The notes under the pieces: generated by a model
The model's database searches: none
What the model was told of the DNA's origin: nothing
Seen by the model: only the letters and a program-made list of their open reading frames with translations
Translations under genes and position numbers: made by a program
Assembly: GCA_021837305.1 (NCBI GenBank)
Contig: JAKBGV010000001.1
Span: 51,129 to 115,128 of the forward strand
From: Actinomycetes bacterium
GTDB lineage: Bacteria; Actinomycetota; Acidimicrobiia; Acidimicrobiales; RAAP-2
Reading direction: 5' to 3'
DNA: 64,000 nucleotides
In this document: positions 38,874-47,196 of the stretch, piece after piece
Position numbering within the stretch: position 1 is the stretch's first letter
Layout of the letters: each line of letters opens with the position of its first letter

Positions 38874-39863
38874 ATGACAGCGGAGAATGCAGCCATGAAT
38901 GAGACTCACCACCTGCGTCGCATGACGATCATCTGGATCGTCCTCTCGGTCGCGGCGGACTTGTTGTTCTGGTTCCTCGTCGGCCCGCACGTGCCACCCG
39001 GTCGTATGACCGACATGGCGACGTCGAACCAGTTCGACTTCAACGTCCTGTTCGTCATCGCTATCCCGGTGTTGATCGGCGTGTGGATTTACCTCGCCTA
39101 CGCAATCGCGGTCTGGAGCGCGAAGCGGGGTGGACCGGAGCCAGTGGGCGGGGAAGCCGCGCGAACGAATCGCACCGCACAGGTTGCGTGGATCACGATC
39201 ACCTCAGTCGTCGTGATCTTCTTAGCCGGTTTCGGTACCGTCGAACTCGTCGTGAACCACGGCTCGGGTGGTGGGGAGGGGCCCAACCCAGTGTGGTCTC
39301 CGTCGGGCGCGATTAAGGCCGAGACCGCGGCCCTGGCCGGGACGGGGACCTGGTCGCCCAACAGCAACCAGGTCCTCCCGGTCCAGGTGATCGCCCAACA
39401 GTGGAAGTTCACGTACCGGTACCCGACGTTCGGTGGGTTCGAAACGTCCCAACTTGTCCTGCCGGTGAACACGACGATTGCCTTTAACGTGACGTCCCTC
39501 GACGTGATCCACAGTTTCTGGGCCTACCAGTTGAGCGTGAAGGCTGACGCGAACCCGCAGATCAACGACGTCGCCTACACGACCACGGACCAGATCGGCC
39601 GGTTCACGGTGCGCTGCAGCGAGCTCTGTGGCATTTGGCATGGCTCCATGTACAACTACGGCAGTGTGGTCACCCAGCAGAAGTTCATGCAGTGGGCACA
39701 GTCAACTGAGGCAGCGAACGCCGCGAACACCAAGTTCCTGCCTCCGTTCGCCTGGACGTACGTGCCAGACGCTAACGGCGCCGCGGGTGGGTACTACCCC
39801 GACGGATCTGCGACCCCGTACAGCACCGCGGAGATCTACGGCTCCAAGCAGCCGGCCTCGTGA
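38874..39863 (+). CDS. ctaC: Heme-copper oxidase subunit II
   Basis: AQQWKFTYRY, SLDVIHSFW, CuA motif CSELCGIWHGSM; no CxxCH. Confidence 0.94.
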   Translation: MTAENAAMNETHHLRRMTIIWIVLSVAADLLFWFLVGPHVPPGRMTDMATSNQFDFNVLFVIAIPVLIGVWIYLAYAIAVWSAKRGGPEPVGGEAARTNRTAQVAWITITSVVVIFLAGFGTVELVVNHGSGGGEGPNPVWSPSGAIKAETAALAGTGTWSPNSNQVLPVQVIAQQWKFTYRYPTFGGFETSQLVLPVNTTIAFNVTSLDVIHSFWAYQLSVKADANPQINDVAYTTTDQIGRFTVRCSELCGIWHGSMYNYGSVVTQQKFMQWAQSTEAANAANTKFLPPFAWTYVPDANGAAGGYYPDGSATPYSTAEIYGSKQPAS

Positions 39864-39924
39864 TCGGCGAATCGATGATGACTAATGCAACGGTGATGAC
39901 GATGAAAGAAATGGAGAATGGGCG

Positions 39925-41871
39925 ATGACGGAACGTCCTTTGGCGACGACCGGTGAAGCGTCGACGGCGTCGCGTACACCGTGGACACAACGTCCGGGCT
40001 GGATGAGTCAGCACCTGGGCACCGCCATTATCGGTGGCGTCCTCGGCTATCTCTTCGGACACTGGCTGGGGAACGCGATCTCGGGCAACTACGCCTACAT
40101 CGTCAACAGTGGCCAGAACTCCACAGCCGACGCGCTGGCACTGATCTTCGGAGTCGTCGGATGGCTCCTCGGTATCGGGGCGCTCAACTACCCACTGGCG
40201 AAGTTGGCCGGACGGCAGCCGGAGAAGGAGACCGAACTCAATCACTGGTCCAAGTACTTCCGCTACAGCACGAACCACAAGACGGTCGGCCTGCAGTACG
40301 TGGTGGGCGTCTTGTTGTTCATGTTCACCGGCGGATTGCTCGCGATGGCGATTCGCACCGAACTGCTCAATCCAACGACGCACTACTTCAGCGCCGACAC
40401 CTACATCAAGATCGTCAGCGAGCACGGCACGATCATGATGATGATGGCGACTTCGATCGTCGTCGGTCCGCTGGGTAACTACCTCGTGCCGCTCATGATC
40501 GGATCGCGCCGGATGGCCTTCCCACGCATCGAGGCGTTCAGCTTCTGGATCTTCGTGGCGGGCTACATGGTCATCTTCTCGGCCCTGCCCTACGGTGGAT
40601 TCCCGACGGGCTGGACCGGGTACGCGCCGCTGCAGACCCAGGCGGGCCCGGGTATGGTGTCGTACCTCTTCGGATTCGCCGTCATCGGCATGGGTATGAT
40701 GGCCGCCGGCTTCAATATCGCGGTAACTATCATCAACTACCGCGCTCCGGGTATGACCTGGAGTCGTCTGCCCATCTTTGTGTGGTCGATCCTCGCCACC
40801 GCGGCGCTGCTTACCCTGGCGACGCCGACACTCTTCGCGGCCGGGCTGTTCGGGCTCCTCGACAAGACCGCGCAGACTGCGTTCTACGTGACCGAGCACG
40901 GTGGCAGTTCATACCTATGGGAGAACCTCTTCTGGTTCTTCGGGCACCCCGAGGTCTACATCATGGCGTTGCCCGGCTTCGGTATCGTCGGGGAGATCCT
41001 GCCGGTCTTCACACGTAAACCGCTCTTCGCCTACAAGGTGGGTGCTGCGGGGATGATTGGCGTGTCTCTGCTGTCCTTCTTCGTCTGGCAGCACCACCTC
41101 TTTCAGAGCGGCATCAACCCCGACATGCGGCCGTTGTTTATGCTCACGACCGAGTTGATCTCAATCCCGACGGGCTTCATTTACCTAGTGGGTATGGGTA
41201 CGCTCTATAAAGCGAAGATCAGATTCGAGATCCCGATGCTCTTCGCCATGGCGCTGTACTTCAACTTCTTGATCGGTGGGGTCACGGGCGTGTTCCTCTC
41301 CGACGTCCCAGTGAACGTTACGGTGCACGGCGGGTTCTTCGTGCTGTCGCACTTCCACTACACGATCATGGGTGGTCTGCTCTTCGCCTTCATGGCGGGT
41401 CTGTACTACTGGCTGCCCAAGATGACCGGACGGATGATGAACAAGAAGATCGGCCTGTGGCACTTCTGGACGATGTTCATTTTCTTCAACCTGACCTTCT
41501 TCCCGATGTTCATCATCGGCCTGCTGGGTCAGCCGCGACGGGTGTTCACGTACGCGAAGAACCTCCAGGGCCTCAACGACTTCTCGTCGGTGAGCGCGTT
41601 CCTGCTGGGCTTCTCGTTCCTGATCTTCTTCTTCAACCTGGTGTGGTCGCTCTACATCAACCCACAGAAGGCGCCCGCGAACCCGTGGGAGTCCCTCGGC
41701 TTGGAGTGGCAGACGGCTAACCCAGTACCGCCGTATAACTTCGAGCGGATCCCGGTGATCCTCACCGACCCGTATCACTACAGCGAAGCGAGCGCTCCCG
41801 CGGTCGCCGACCTGGGTGGCGACGAACGTGTACCCGCCGTGTCGTCCCATGACGGCAGCGGCGTGGCGTAG
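39925..41871 (+). CDS. ctaD: Heme-copper oxidase subunit I with N-terminal 2-TM extension
   Basis: TNHKTVG, HGTIMM, GWTGYAPL, FWFFGHPEVYI, WQHH, SHFHY, GQPRR. Confidence 0.97.
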   Translation: MTERPLATTGEASTASRTPWTQRPGWMSQHLGTAIIGGVLGYLFGHWLGNAISGNYAYIVNSGQNSTADALALIFGVVGWLLGIGALNYPLAKLAGRQPEKETELNHWSKYFRYSTNHKTVGLQYVVGVLLFMFTGGLLAMAIRTELLNPTTHYFSADTYIKIVSEHGTIMMMMATSIVVGPLGNYLVPLMIGSRRMAFPRIEAFSFWIFVAGYMVIFSALPYGGFPTGWTGYAPLQTQAGPGMVSYLFGFAVIGMGMMAAGFNIAVTIINYRAPGMTWSRLPIFVWSILATAALLTLATPTLFAAGLFGLLDKTAQTAFYVTEHGGSSYLWENLFWFFGHPEVYIMALPGFGIVGEILPVFTRKPLFAYKVGAAGMIGVSLLSFFVWQHHLFQSGINPDMRPLFMLTTELISIPTGFIYLVGMGTLYKAKIRFEIPMLFAMALYFNFLIGGVTGVFLSDVPVNVTVHGGFFVLSHFHYTIMGGLLFAFMAGLYYWLPKMTGRMMNKKIGLWHFWTMFIFFNLTFFPMFIIGLLGQPRRVFTYAKNLQGLNDFSSVSAFLLGFSFLIFFFNLVWSLYINPQKAPANPWESLGLEWQTANPVPPYNFERIPVILTDPYHYSEASAPAVADLGGDERVPAVSSHDGSGVA

Positions 41872-41887
41872 GAACGGAGACGAACTG

Positions 41888-42544
41888 ATGAGTGGAACCA
41901 TGAAACAGGAAAACGGATACACGTCCACCCCGGAAGAGGAAGAGTTCGAGCTACGCGCACACATCGGGTCGGTATGGTCGGGTGGACGGTTGTTCATCGG
42001 GATGTACACCTTCTTGTTGGCGTCGCTCGCGTTCGCGTACTTCTATCTGCGTTCGAGCAATAACGGCCTGCTGTGGCGTCCGAACCACGTCACTGCGCCG
42101 ACGGCATACGGCTGGACGATCTTCTCGCTGACCATCCTCGCCGCGCTCATGGCGATCTACGGTCAATGGCGCTTGCGTAAGGGTGGCGTCGTGGACTGGC
42201 AGGTTGCCGGGTGGACCGCCTTGTTCGCCTCGGTCCTGGCGCTCGTGCTGCAGATTTGGGAGTTGACGGCGCTGCCCTTCTTTCCCGGCTCCAGCGGGTA
42301 CGCGTCGACCTTCATCGGTTACGTCGTAATCAACATCGCGACGCTCGTGGTCGGCTCCTACTGGCTCGAGACGGCGCTTGCGCGCTCGTTGCGTCTGCGG
42401 CGCGAGATTGGTGGCGATCGCCCTCAGCTCTCGGCGCACGCGACTGCGCAGTCGTTCCGTGCGAACGTATCGGCGATGACGTATTTCTGGGGCTTCATCG
42501 GACTCAGTGGCGCGCTCTTCTTCGCCATGTTCTATCTGCTGTAA
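41888..42544 (+). CDS. ctaE: Heme-copper oxidase subunit III-like protein (divergent)
   Basis: Five TM segments, G.RLFI....FL.ASL.FAYFYLR, GYASTF, YFWGF; directly after subunit I. Confidence 0.75.
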   Translation: MSGTMKQENGYTSTPEEEEFELRAHIGSVWSGGRLFIGMYTFLLASLAFAYFYLRSSNNGLLWRPNHVTAPTAYGWTIFSLTILAALMAIYGQWRLRKGGVVDWQVAGWTALFASVLALVLQIWELTALPFFPGSSGYASTFIGYVVINIATLVVGSYWLETALARSLRLRREIGGDRPQLSAHATAQSFRANVSAMTYFWGFIGLSGALFFAMFYLL

Positions 42545-42573
42545 CTCGAGTTTGACGAGAGGAGGTAGCGATC

Positions 42574-42687
42574 GTGCAGGGAGTTGACATCTATATCGGA
42601 CCACAGGTCCAGACGATGGTGGTATTACTCGGCGTGTTGTTCGGTGTGCTTATCTGGGGGTTCTTCCAGCGCCACCCGTCGGAGTAG
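42574..42687 (+). CDS. Unannotated 37-aa single-TM microprotein (candidate oxidase small subunit)
   Basis: AGGAGGT RBS at 42560-42566; GTG start; MQGVDIYIGPQVQTMVVLLGVLFGVLIWGFFQRHPSE*. Confidence 0.7.
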   Translation: MQGVDIYIGPQVQTMVVLLGVLFGVLIWGFFQRHPSE

Positions 42688-42700
42688 CGGGAACGGCGTC

Positions 42701-43468
42701 ATGTCGAGCCACCGTCGATTTCGCGATGCACTGGCGGTGCTGGCCGTGGCGTGGTGGTTCGTGTGGTTGATCCCACCGCTCGCGTCGTGGGCTCGCCGAT
42801 ACGAGTTCGTCCAGGCATTGCAGTTCGAGTCCTTCGCGCTGGTCGCGCCGGTGCTGTTCGTCGCCGGGGCCCCGTGGCGCCGCCTCGGCGGGCAGCGTTG
42901 GCCGATCTGGTCGCGCTCGCCGGTGGTCGGTCAGTGGGGTAGTGAGTCCATTGCGCCGAAGTCGGGTGTCAATCACGGACGAGCGGTTGCGGCCGGTGGG
43001 CTGTTCGTCGCGCTCGCGGTGACATGGCGGGTGGCGCCCGTGGTCGACGCCGTGGTGCGTCATCCGTGGCTTTCCGTCGTCGAATTCTTGAGTCTGGGCC
43101 TGAGCGGGGTCCTTCTCTTTCGCGATCTCATCGAGTCGCCACCACTCACACCACGGGCCAGCCGCCCGTATCGCATCGGCATCTCGGCGGTGGTGATGTG
43201 GTTCGTCTGGATCGTGGCGTACATGAACGGCATGTCGCGTTCGTCGTGGTACCACGCGTTCGTCCACACTGCGGGCCACGGTCCATCGCTGGCGGCCGAC
43301 CAGCAACTCAGCGTTGGGTCCATCTGGATCGTCTCGGCGGCGGTGTTCCTGCCGATCATCTTCTGGAACCTGGTGCAGTGGCTCCAGTCCGAAGAGGACC
43401 CCGACGCTGAGCTGTACCGACTGGTGCGGCGAGAGCGGGCCCGGGGATTCTTCGGCACCAAGAATTGA
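42701..43468 (+). CDS. Divergent caa3-type CtaG-like assembly factor
   Basis: PPL...A, APVLFVAGAPW, W.VAPV.D, DQQLSVGSIW; the His residues of the canonical motif are missing. Confidence 0.7.
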   Translation: MSSHRRFRDALAVLAVAWWFVWLIPPLASWARRYEFVQALQFESFALVAPVLFVAGAPWRRLGGQRWPIWSRSPVVGQWGSESIAPKSGVNHGRAVAAGGLFVALAVTWRVAPVVDAVVRHPWLSVVEFLSLGLSGVLLFRDLIESPPLTPRASRPYRIGISAVVMWFVWIVAYMNGMSRSSWYHAFVHTAGHGPSLAADQQLSVGSIWIVSAAVFLPIIFWNLVQWLQSEEDPDAELYRLVRRERARGFFGTKN

Positions 43469-43573
43469 TCGCGTCGCGGCGGTGACGGTCGAGGGTCGTG
43501 CAATCGAGTAGCCAGGCTGGTGGTCGTGCTCCTCGACCACGGTCGATCGCACCGTGACGCGAGTGTCAGAGTT

Positions 43574-43598
43574 CCCCCGGCTTCATGCCATGGGGTTT
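43574..43598. terminator. GC hairpin between convergent genes; possible terminator or IS200/IS605-like palindrome
   Basis: CCCC-c-GGC-ttcat-GCC-at-GGGG followed by TTT. Confidence 0.35.
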
Positions 43599-43618
43599 CG
43601 CCCGGGTTGGCCGAGTTG

Positions 43619-44296
43619 CTAGGTGCCCAGCAGCGGCGCGAGCCGCGGCACGTTGACGGCCTTTAATTGGACGCCGACGAGTCGACTCGCCTCGGCGACC
43701 AATTGGTTGATCCGTGCGCGGTCTTGGGCGAGGTAGTGCTGACGAATGGTGAGGTCGTGTACCCAGGCCGTGTTCTTGGGCTGCTTCACCGCCATCGAGA
43801 TGTCGTAGATGGCGTCCTTGGCGTCGTTGGTGGTCCAGGTGATCACGACCGAGTACATCGCGTCGATCTTCTTGCCGGCGGCGGTGTCGACGGGCTGAAT
43901 GTTGTTTGTGAGGTCGTAGATCGGTCCACTGGCCAGGGTGCATGACGCCTCGTCCTCGGTCAGGAGGTTCGGCGCCTGCTGGAGGTTCTCGGCACTCAAT
44001 GTCCCCGAGCGTAGGCGGTTGTAGATGAGGAAGCTCTCGTGCAGCGCGTAGGTGCACGGCGCGATGTCGTTGTTGATGAGCGTGATCGTGCCGTTCTGCT
44101 GCGCCGCATCCTCACTCTTGGAGACGGCGTGCGGCAGGTCCGAAAGCACCGACACCGCGATCGCGACGACGACGACGATGATGATGAGGAACCACGGGCG
44201 TCGGTACCACACCACCTTGCTCGTCAGCAGTGAGGACGCTGGCATCGACGCCGGGTCGTACGAATTCGCTCGGACCTCGCTGTCTGGTGTGCTCAC
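43619..44296 (-). CDS. Hypothetical membrane-anchored helical protein
   Basis: WYRRPW followed by a TM segment; two Cys; GTGA-coupled to the upstream SCO gene. Confidence 0.7.
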   Translation of the reverse strand: MSTPDSEVRANSYDPASMPASSLLTSKVVWYRRPWFLIIIVVVVAIAVSVLSDLPHAVSKSEDAAQQNGTITLINNDIAPCTYALHESFLIYNRLRSGTLSAENLQQAPNLLTEDEASCTLASGPIYDLTNNIQPVDTAAGKKIDAMYSVVITWTTNDAKDAIYDISMAVKQPKNTAWVHDLTIRQHYLAQDRARINQLVAEASRLVGVQLKAVNVPRLAPLLGT

Positions 44297-45117
44297 GGCA
44301 ACAGATTACTGGCGACCTCTGCGATACCAGCGGCGAAGGCGCGCCGTGACGCGCCATCGAGTGCGAAGACGCCCTGGCGACTCTCGTTGGCGAACGGCGT
44401 CGCCAACGCGTGAAGGTCGCCTTGGGTCGTGATGAAGTAGAGCACGTCGTTGTGCAGCACGGGGGCCGGGGGCTGGCCGACACGTACTTGAATTCCGTAG
44501 CGGGACCAAACGGCGTTGAGCGACGACAACGTGCCAGTCAAGAAAACGACGTTCGCTCGACCCACCAGCCCGGGTTCGACGAGTGCCGCGGGCCGCGCGA
44601 CGACCCCGGCGTGATTCGGGTCGGTGTTGACGATGGCGATCTCGACGCGGTTAGCGTTCGTGCCGAGTAGGGCGATCGAGGTGCGCAACTCCGATCCGAG
44701 AACGGGGCAGATGTCGTTACACGTTTGGTTGTAGAACGCGAGGATGACGACGCGTCCACGCTGGGCCCGCAGTGACCAGGTTGATCCGTGCTGATCGAAG
44801 AGAGAGAACCCGGGGGCGCTTCGTGCAGTGAGCATCTTCAGCCCCAGGATTGAGTGGGGTGTGATCGGCAACGTCGGCGGTGTGGTCGCGGGCGCTGGGT
44901 TCAAGGAGACCGACTGTCCCGGTGTACCCACGACACGCTCGAGAACGACACCACCGAGTCCGAGGACGACGAAGGCCGCCACCACGAGGAGGATGAACTT
45001 CGTCGGCACCGGCGTGCGCCCCGCACGCAGCGCCGCCCGTCGCTCGTCCTCGGTGATTACGGGTGTTGCGGGGGCGTGGCCGACGTCCTCGGGTGTCAAC
45101 TCGGGGTCGCTCGTCAT
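44293..45117 (-). CDS. SCO1/SenC family copper chaperone
   Basis: TM anchor, APGFSLFDQHG, FY..TCNDICP, FLTG, VW.RYGI, downstream His. Confidence 0.88.
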   Translation of the reverse strand: MTSDPELTPEDVGHAPATPVITEDERRAALRAGRTPVPTKFILLVVAAFVVLGLGGVVLERVVGTPGQSVSLNPAPATTPPTLPITPHSILGLKMLTARSAPGFSLFDQHGSTWSLRAQRGRVVILAFYNQTCNDICPVLGSELRTSIALLGTNANRVEIAIVNTDPNHAGVVARPAALVEPGLVGRANVVFLTGTLSSLNAVWSRYGIQVRVGQPPAPVLHNDVLYFITTQGDLHALATPFANESRQGVFALDGASRRAFAAGIAEVASNLLP

Positions 45118-45188
45118 CGCACCGCACTCTAGCGAAACGGAAAGATTTCTCAGCGTCGTGCGCGCTTGTCGGGGGATACAGTCAGGGG

Positions 45189-45620
45189 ATGAGCGGTGCG
45201 AAGGGTCAGAGCACGCCCGGCCAAACGCCTCATCGGATGGGTGGTGCCGACGCGTGGCGTACGCACGCGGTGCTCCTGGCGGGCCTGGCGCTCTGCGCGG
45301 TGGCGTTCTGGTTCGAACTGGGGCGCGCCGAGCGTGGGAACACCCTCAGTTGGGCTTACGTGTTCGAGTGGCCGTTGCTGGCGGTCTTCGCCGTGTACAT
45401 GTGGTGGAAGGTCCTCCACGAGGGTACGACGTCGCGACGTCGACGCGCGAAGCGCGAACCGGGCCTTGCGCCCCAGTACGACGGGATGCTGAAGGCGTGG
45501 CAGGCGCATCAAGCCGAACTCGCCGAGTCCGAGGGGACCAATGTCGATGACGCCGACCAACCCGATCGCGGCCTCACCGATTACCACCCCGGTGAGCGGT
45601 ATCCGGGCGGGACGCCCTAG
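45189..45620 (+). CDS. Small 2-TM membrane protein (paralog of 37758-38117)
   Basis: FWFELGRAERGNTLSWAYVFEWPLLA; TACAGT -10 box 6 nt before ATG. Confidence 0.75.
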   Translation: MSGAKGQSTPGQTPHRMGGADAWRTHAVLLAGLALCAVAFWFELGRAERGNTLSWAYVFEWPLLAVFAVYMWWKVLHEGTTSRRRRAKREPGLAPQYDGMLKAWQAHQAELAESEGTNVDDADQPDRGLTDYHPGERYPGGTP

Positions 45621-45631
45621 GCAGTGACCGT

Positions 45632-46555
45632 ATGAACTACGTCGTGCACCACTGGTCATTCGATCCCATGATCGTCGTCCTCGCACTGACGGTGATCGCC
45701 CATGAGGTCGGATTGCGTCGGATGGCGAGCCACTCGACCATCGCGAACCGGCGCCGGCGCCGGCGCCGGTCGTACCGCTTCTACGCCGGCCTGGCGCTGC
45801 TGGCGGTCGTGATCGTGTCACCGCTCGACTACTGGGCGTCGCGATACTTCTTCGTCCACATGATCGAGCACATCATCATCGCCTTCTTCGTGCCCATGCT
45901 GATAGTGGCGGGTGCACCGTGGATCCCAACACTCTTCGTGCTCCCCGTGGCGGCCCGCCGACGTCTCGGGCGATTCCTTTTCCTACGCCAGTCGACGGCC
46001 TGGCTTCGCGCCGTCGGCCGCTTCGCACGCAATCCGTGGTTCGCGCTGGTCTTGATGAACGTCGTCATGTTCGCGTGGCATGTCCCGAGCCTCTTCGACC
46101 TCGCTGAGCGCAACCAGTTCGTACACGTCTGGCTGATGCACGGAAGTTTCGTCGTCGCCGGTACGTTGTTCTGGCTCCAGATCTACCCTTCCGCACCGAT
46201 GCGACCGGCGAAGGGTGCCGTGTGGAAGATCGGCGCGATCCTGATCACCAACGGACTGATGACCATGCTCGCCATCTCGATGAGCATTCTGACGACGGTG
46301 AGCTGGTACGCCGTCTACGCGCACGTGCCGGGCGTGACGCTCTCACCGTTCGCCGACCAACAGATCGGCGCGGCGATCCTCTGGATCTGCGGTGACTTCT
46401 GGGCACTGCCGACTCTGGCCATCGTGATCCGTCGGGCCATCGAGACGGAAGGTTCGATGGGCAGCGTGATCGATCGCCTCACGGGTCGGGCTTCGACGCT
46501 CGATCTCACCATCTCGACGCCGGCGCCGACATCGCCCGTCGACGGCGCGCGATAG
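45632..46555 (+). CDS. ctaG: caa3-type cytochrome c oxidase assembly factor
   Basis: WSFDP, SPLDYW, FFVHMIEH, WHVP.LFD, H..MH, DQQIGAAILW..GD. Confidence 0.9.
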   Translation: MNYVVHHWSFDPMIVVLALTVIAHEVGLRRMASHSTIANRRRRRRRSYRFYAGLALLAVVIVSPLDYWASRYFFVHMIEHIIIAFFVPMLIVAGAPWIPTLFVLPVAARRRLGRFLFLRQSTAWLRAVGRFARNPWFALVLMNVVMFAWHVPSLFDLAERNQFVHVWLMHGSFVVAGTLFWLQIYPSAPMRPAKGAVWKIGAILITNGLMTMLAISMSILTTVSWYAVYAHVPGVTLSPFADQQIGAAILWICGDFWALPTLAIVIRRAIETEGSMGSVIDRLTGRASTLDLTISTPAPTSPVDGAR

Positions 46556-46585
46556 TCGGTCACGGTCTGATATCCTGTCGAGCGT

Positions 46586-46620
46586 CGTCGTGAAACGGGT
46601 CCCGTGAGGCTCGTACGGCG
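46586..46620 (+). promoter_or_regulatory. PyrR-binding RNA stem-loop
   Basis: GGTCCCGTGAGGCT matches the PyrR binding-loop consensus, within stems CGTCGT/ACGGCG and ACGGG/CTCGT; abuts the GGAGGA RBS; TATCCT -10 box at 46571. Confidence 0.85.
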
Positions 46621-46629
46621 GGAGGAATT

Positions 46630-47196
46630 GTGACGAAGAAACAGGGTACGCCGAGCGTGCCGAATCGGATATTCGAGCCCCGTTCACAGTTGCTCTCGCG
46701 AGATGACGTCGAGCGAACACTCCGTCGCATGGCCCACGAGGTGGTCGAACGTAACGCGGATCAATCCGACCTCGTTGTCCTTGGTCTCCAGGCGGGCGGG
46801 GTGACCCTGGCAGAGCATCTCGCGGCGGCCGTCGAATCGATCGGTGCCCTCACGGTGCACATCGGGCACCTCGACGTGGGCTACTTTCGCGACGATCTCG
46901 ATCGCCGGCCGCTGCTCGGTGCGACCGCGACGTCGATCCCGGTCGATCTAACGGACCGGACCGTTTTGCTCGTGGACGACGTCCTGTATACGGGTCGAAC
47001 GATTCGCGCGGCGCTCAACGCGCTCGCCGAATGGGGTCGACCCCGCGCCATCCAGCTGGCCGTGTTGGTCGACCGTGGCCACCGAGAATTGCCCATTCGC
47101 GCTGACTTCGTGGGCAAGAACCTGCCCACCGCCCATCACGAGGCGATCGTGGCGACCTTGGACGGCGTTTGGATCGGCGAGGAGGTCGAGTCGTGA
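46630..47196 (+). CDS. pyrR: Pyrimidine operon regulator / UPRTase
   Basis: RMAHEVVE, LVDDVLYTGRTIRAAL, VDRGHRELPIRADFVGKN. Confidence 0.97.
   Translation: MTKKQGTPSVPNRIFEPRSQLLSRDDVERTLRRMAHEVVERNADQSDLVVLGLQAGGVTLAEHLAAAVESIGALTVHIGHLDVGYFRDDLDRRPLLGATATSIPVDLTDRTVLLVDDVLYTGRTIRAALNALAEWGRPRAIQLAVLVDRGHRELPIRADFVGKNLPTAHHEAIVATLDGVWIGEEVES

Noticed and set aside
42584-42700. Cys-rich N-terminal extension of the CtaG-like ORF
   Set aside because: Overlaps the better-supported 37-aa ORF with a strong RBS; ATG 42701 is the likelier start.
44163-44188. Trinucleotide runs (CGA)n(TGA)n, and the CGGCGC repeats near 45749-45769
   Set aside because: They encode Ile/Val TM and poly-Arg stretches; too short to indicate contingency loci.
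36022-46560. Oxidase island as a recently integrated mobile element
   Set aside because: No integrase, tRNA or flanking direct repeats were seen; only the break in gene order supports insertion.
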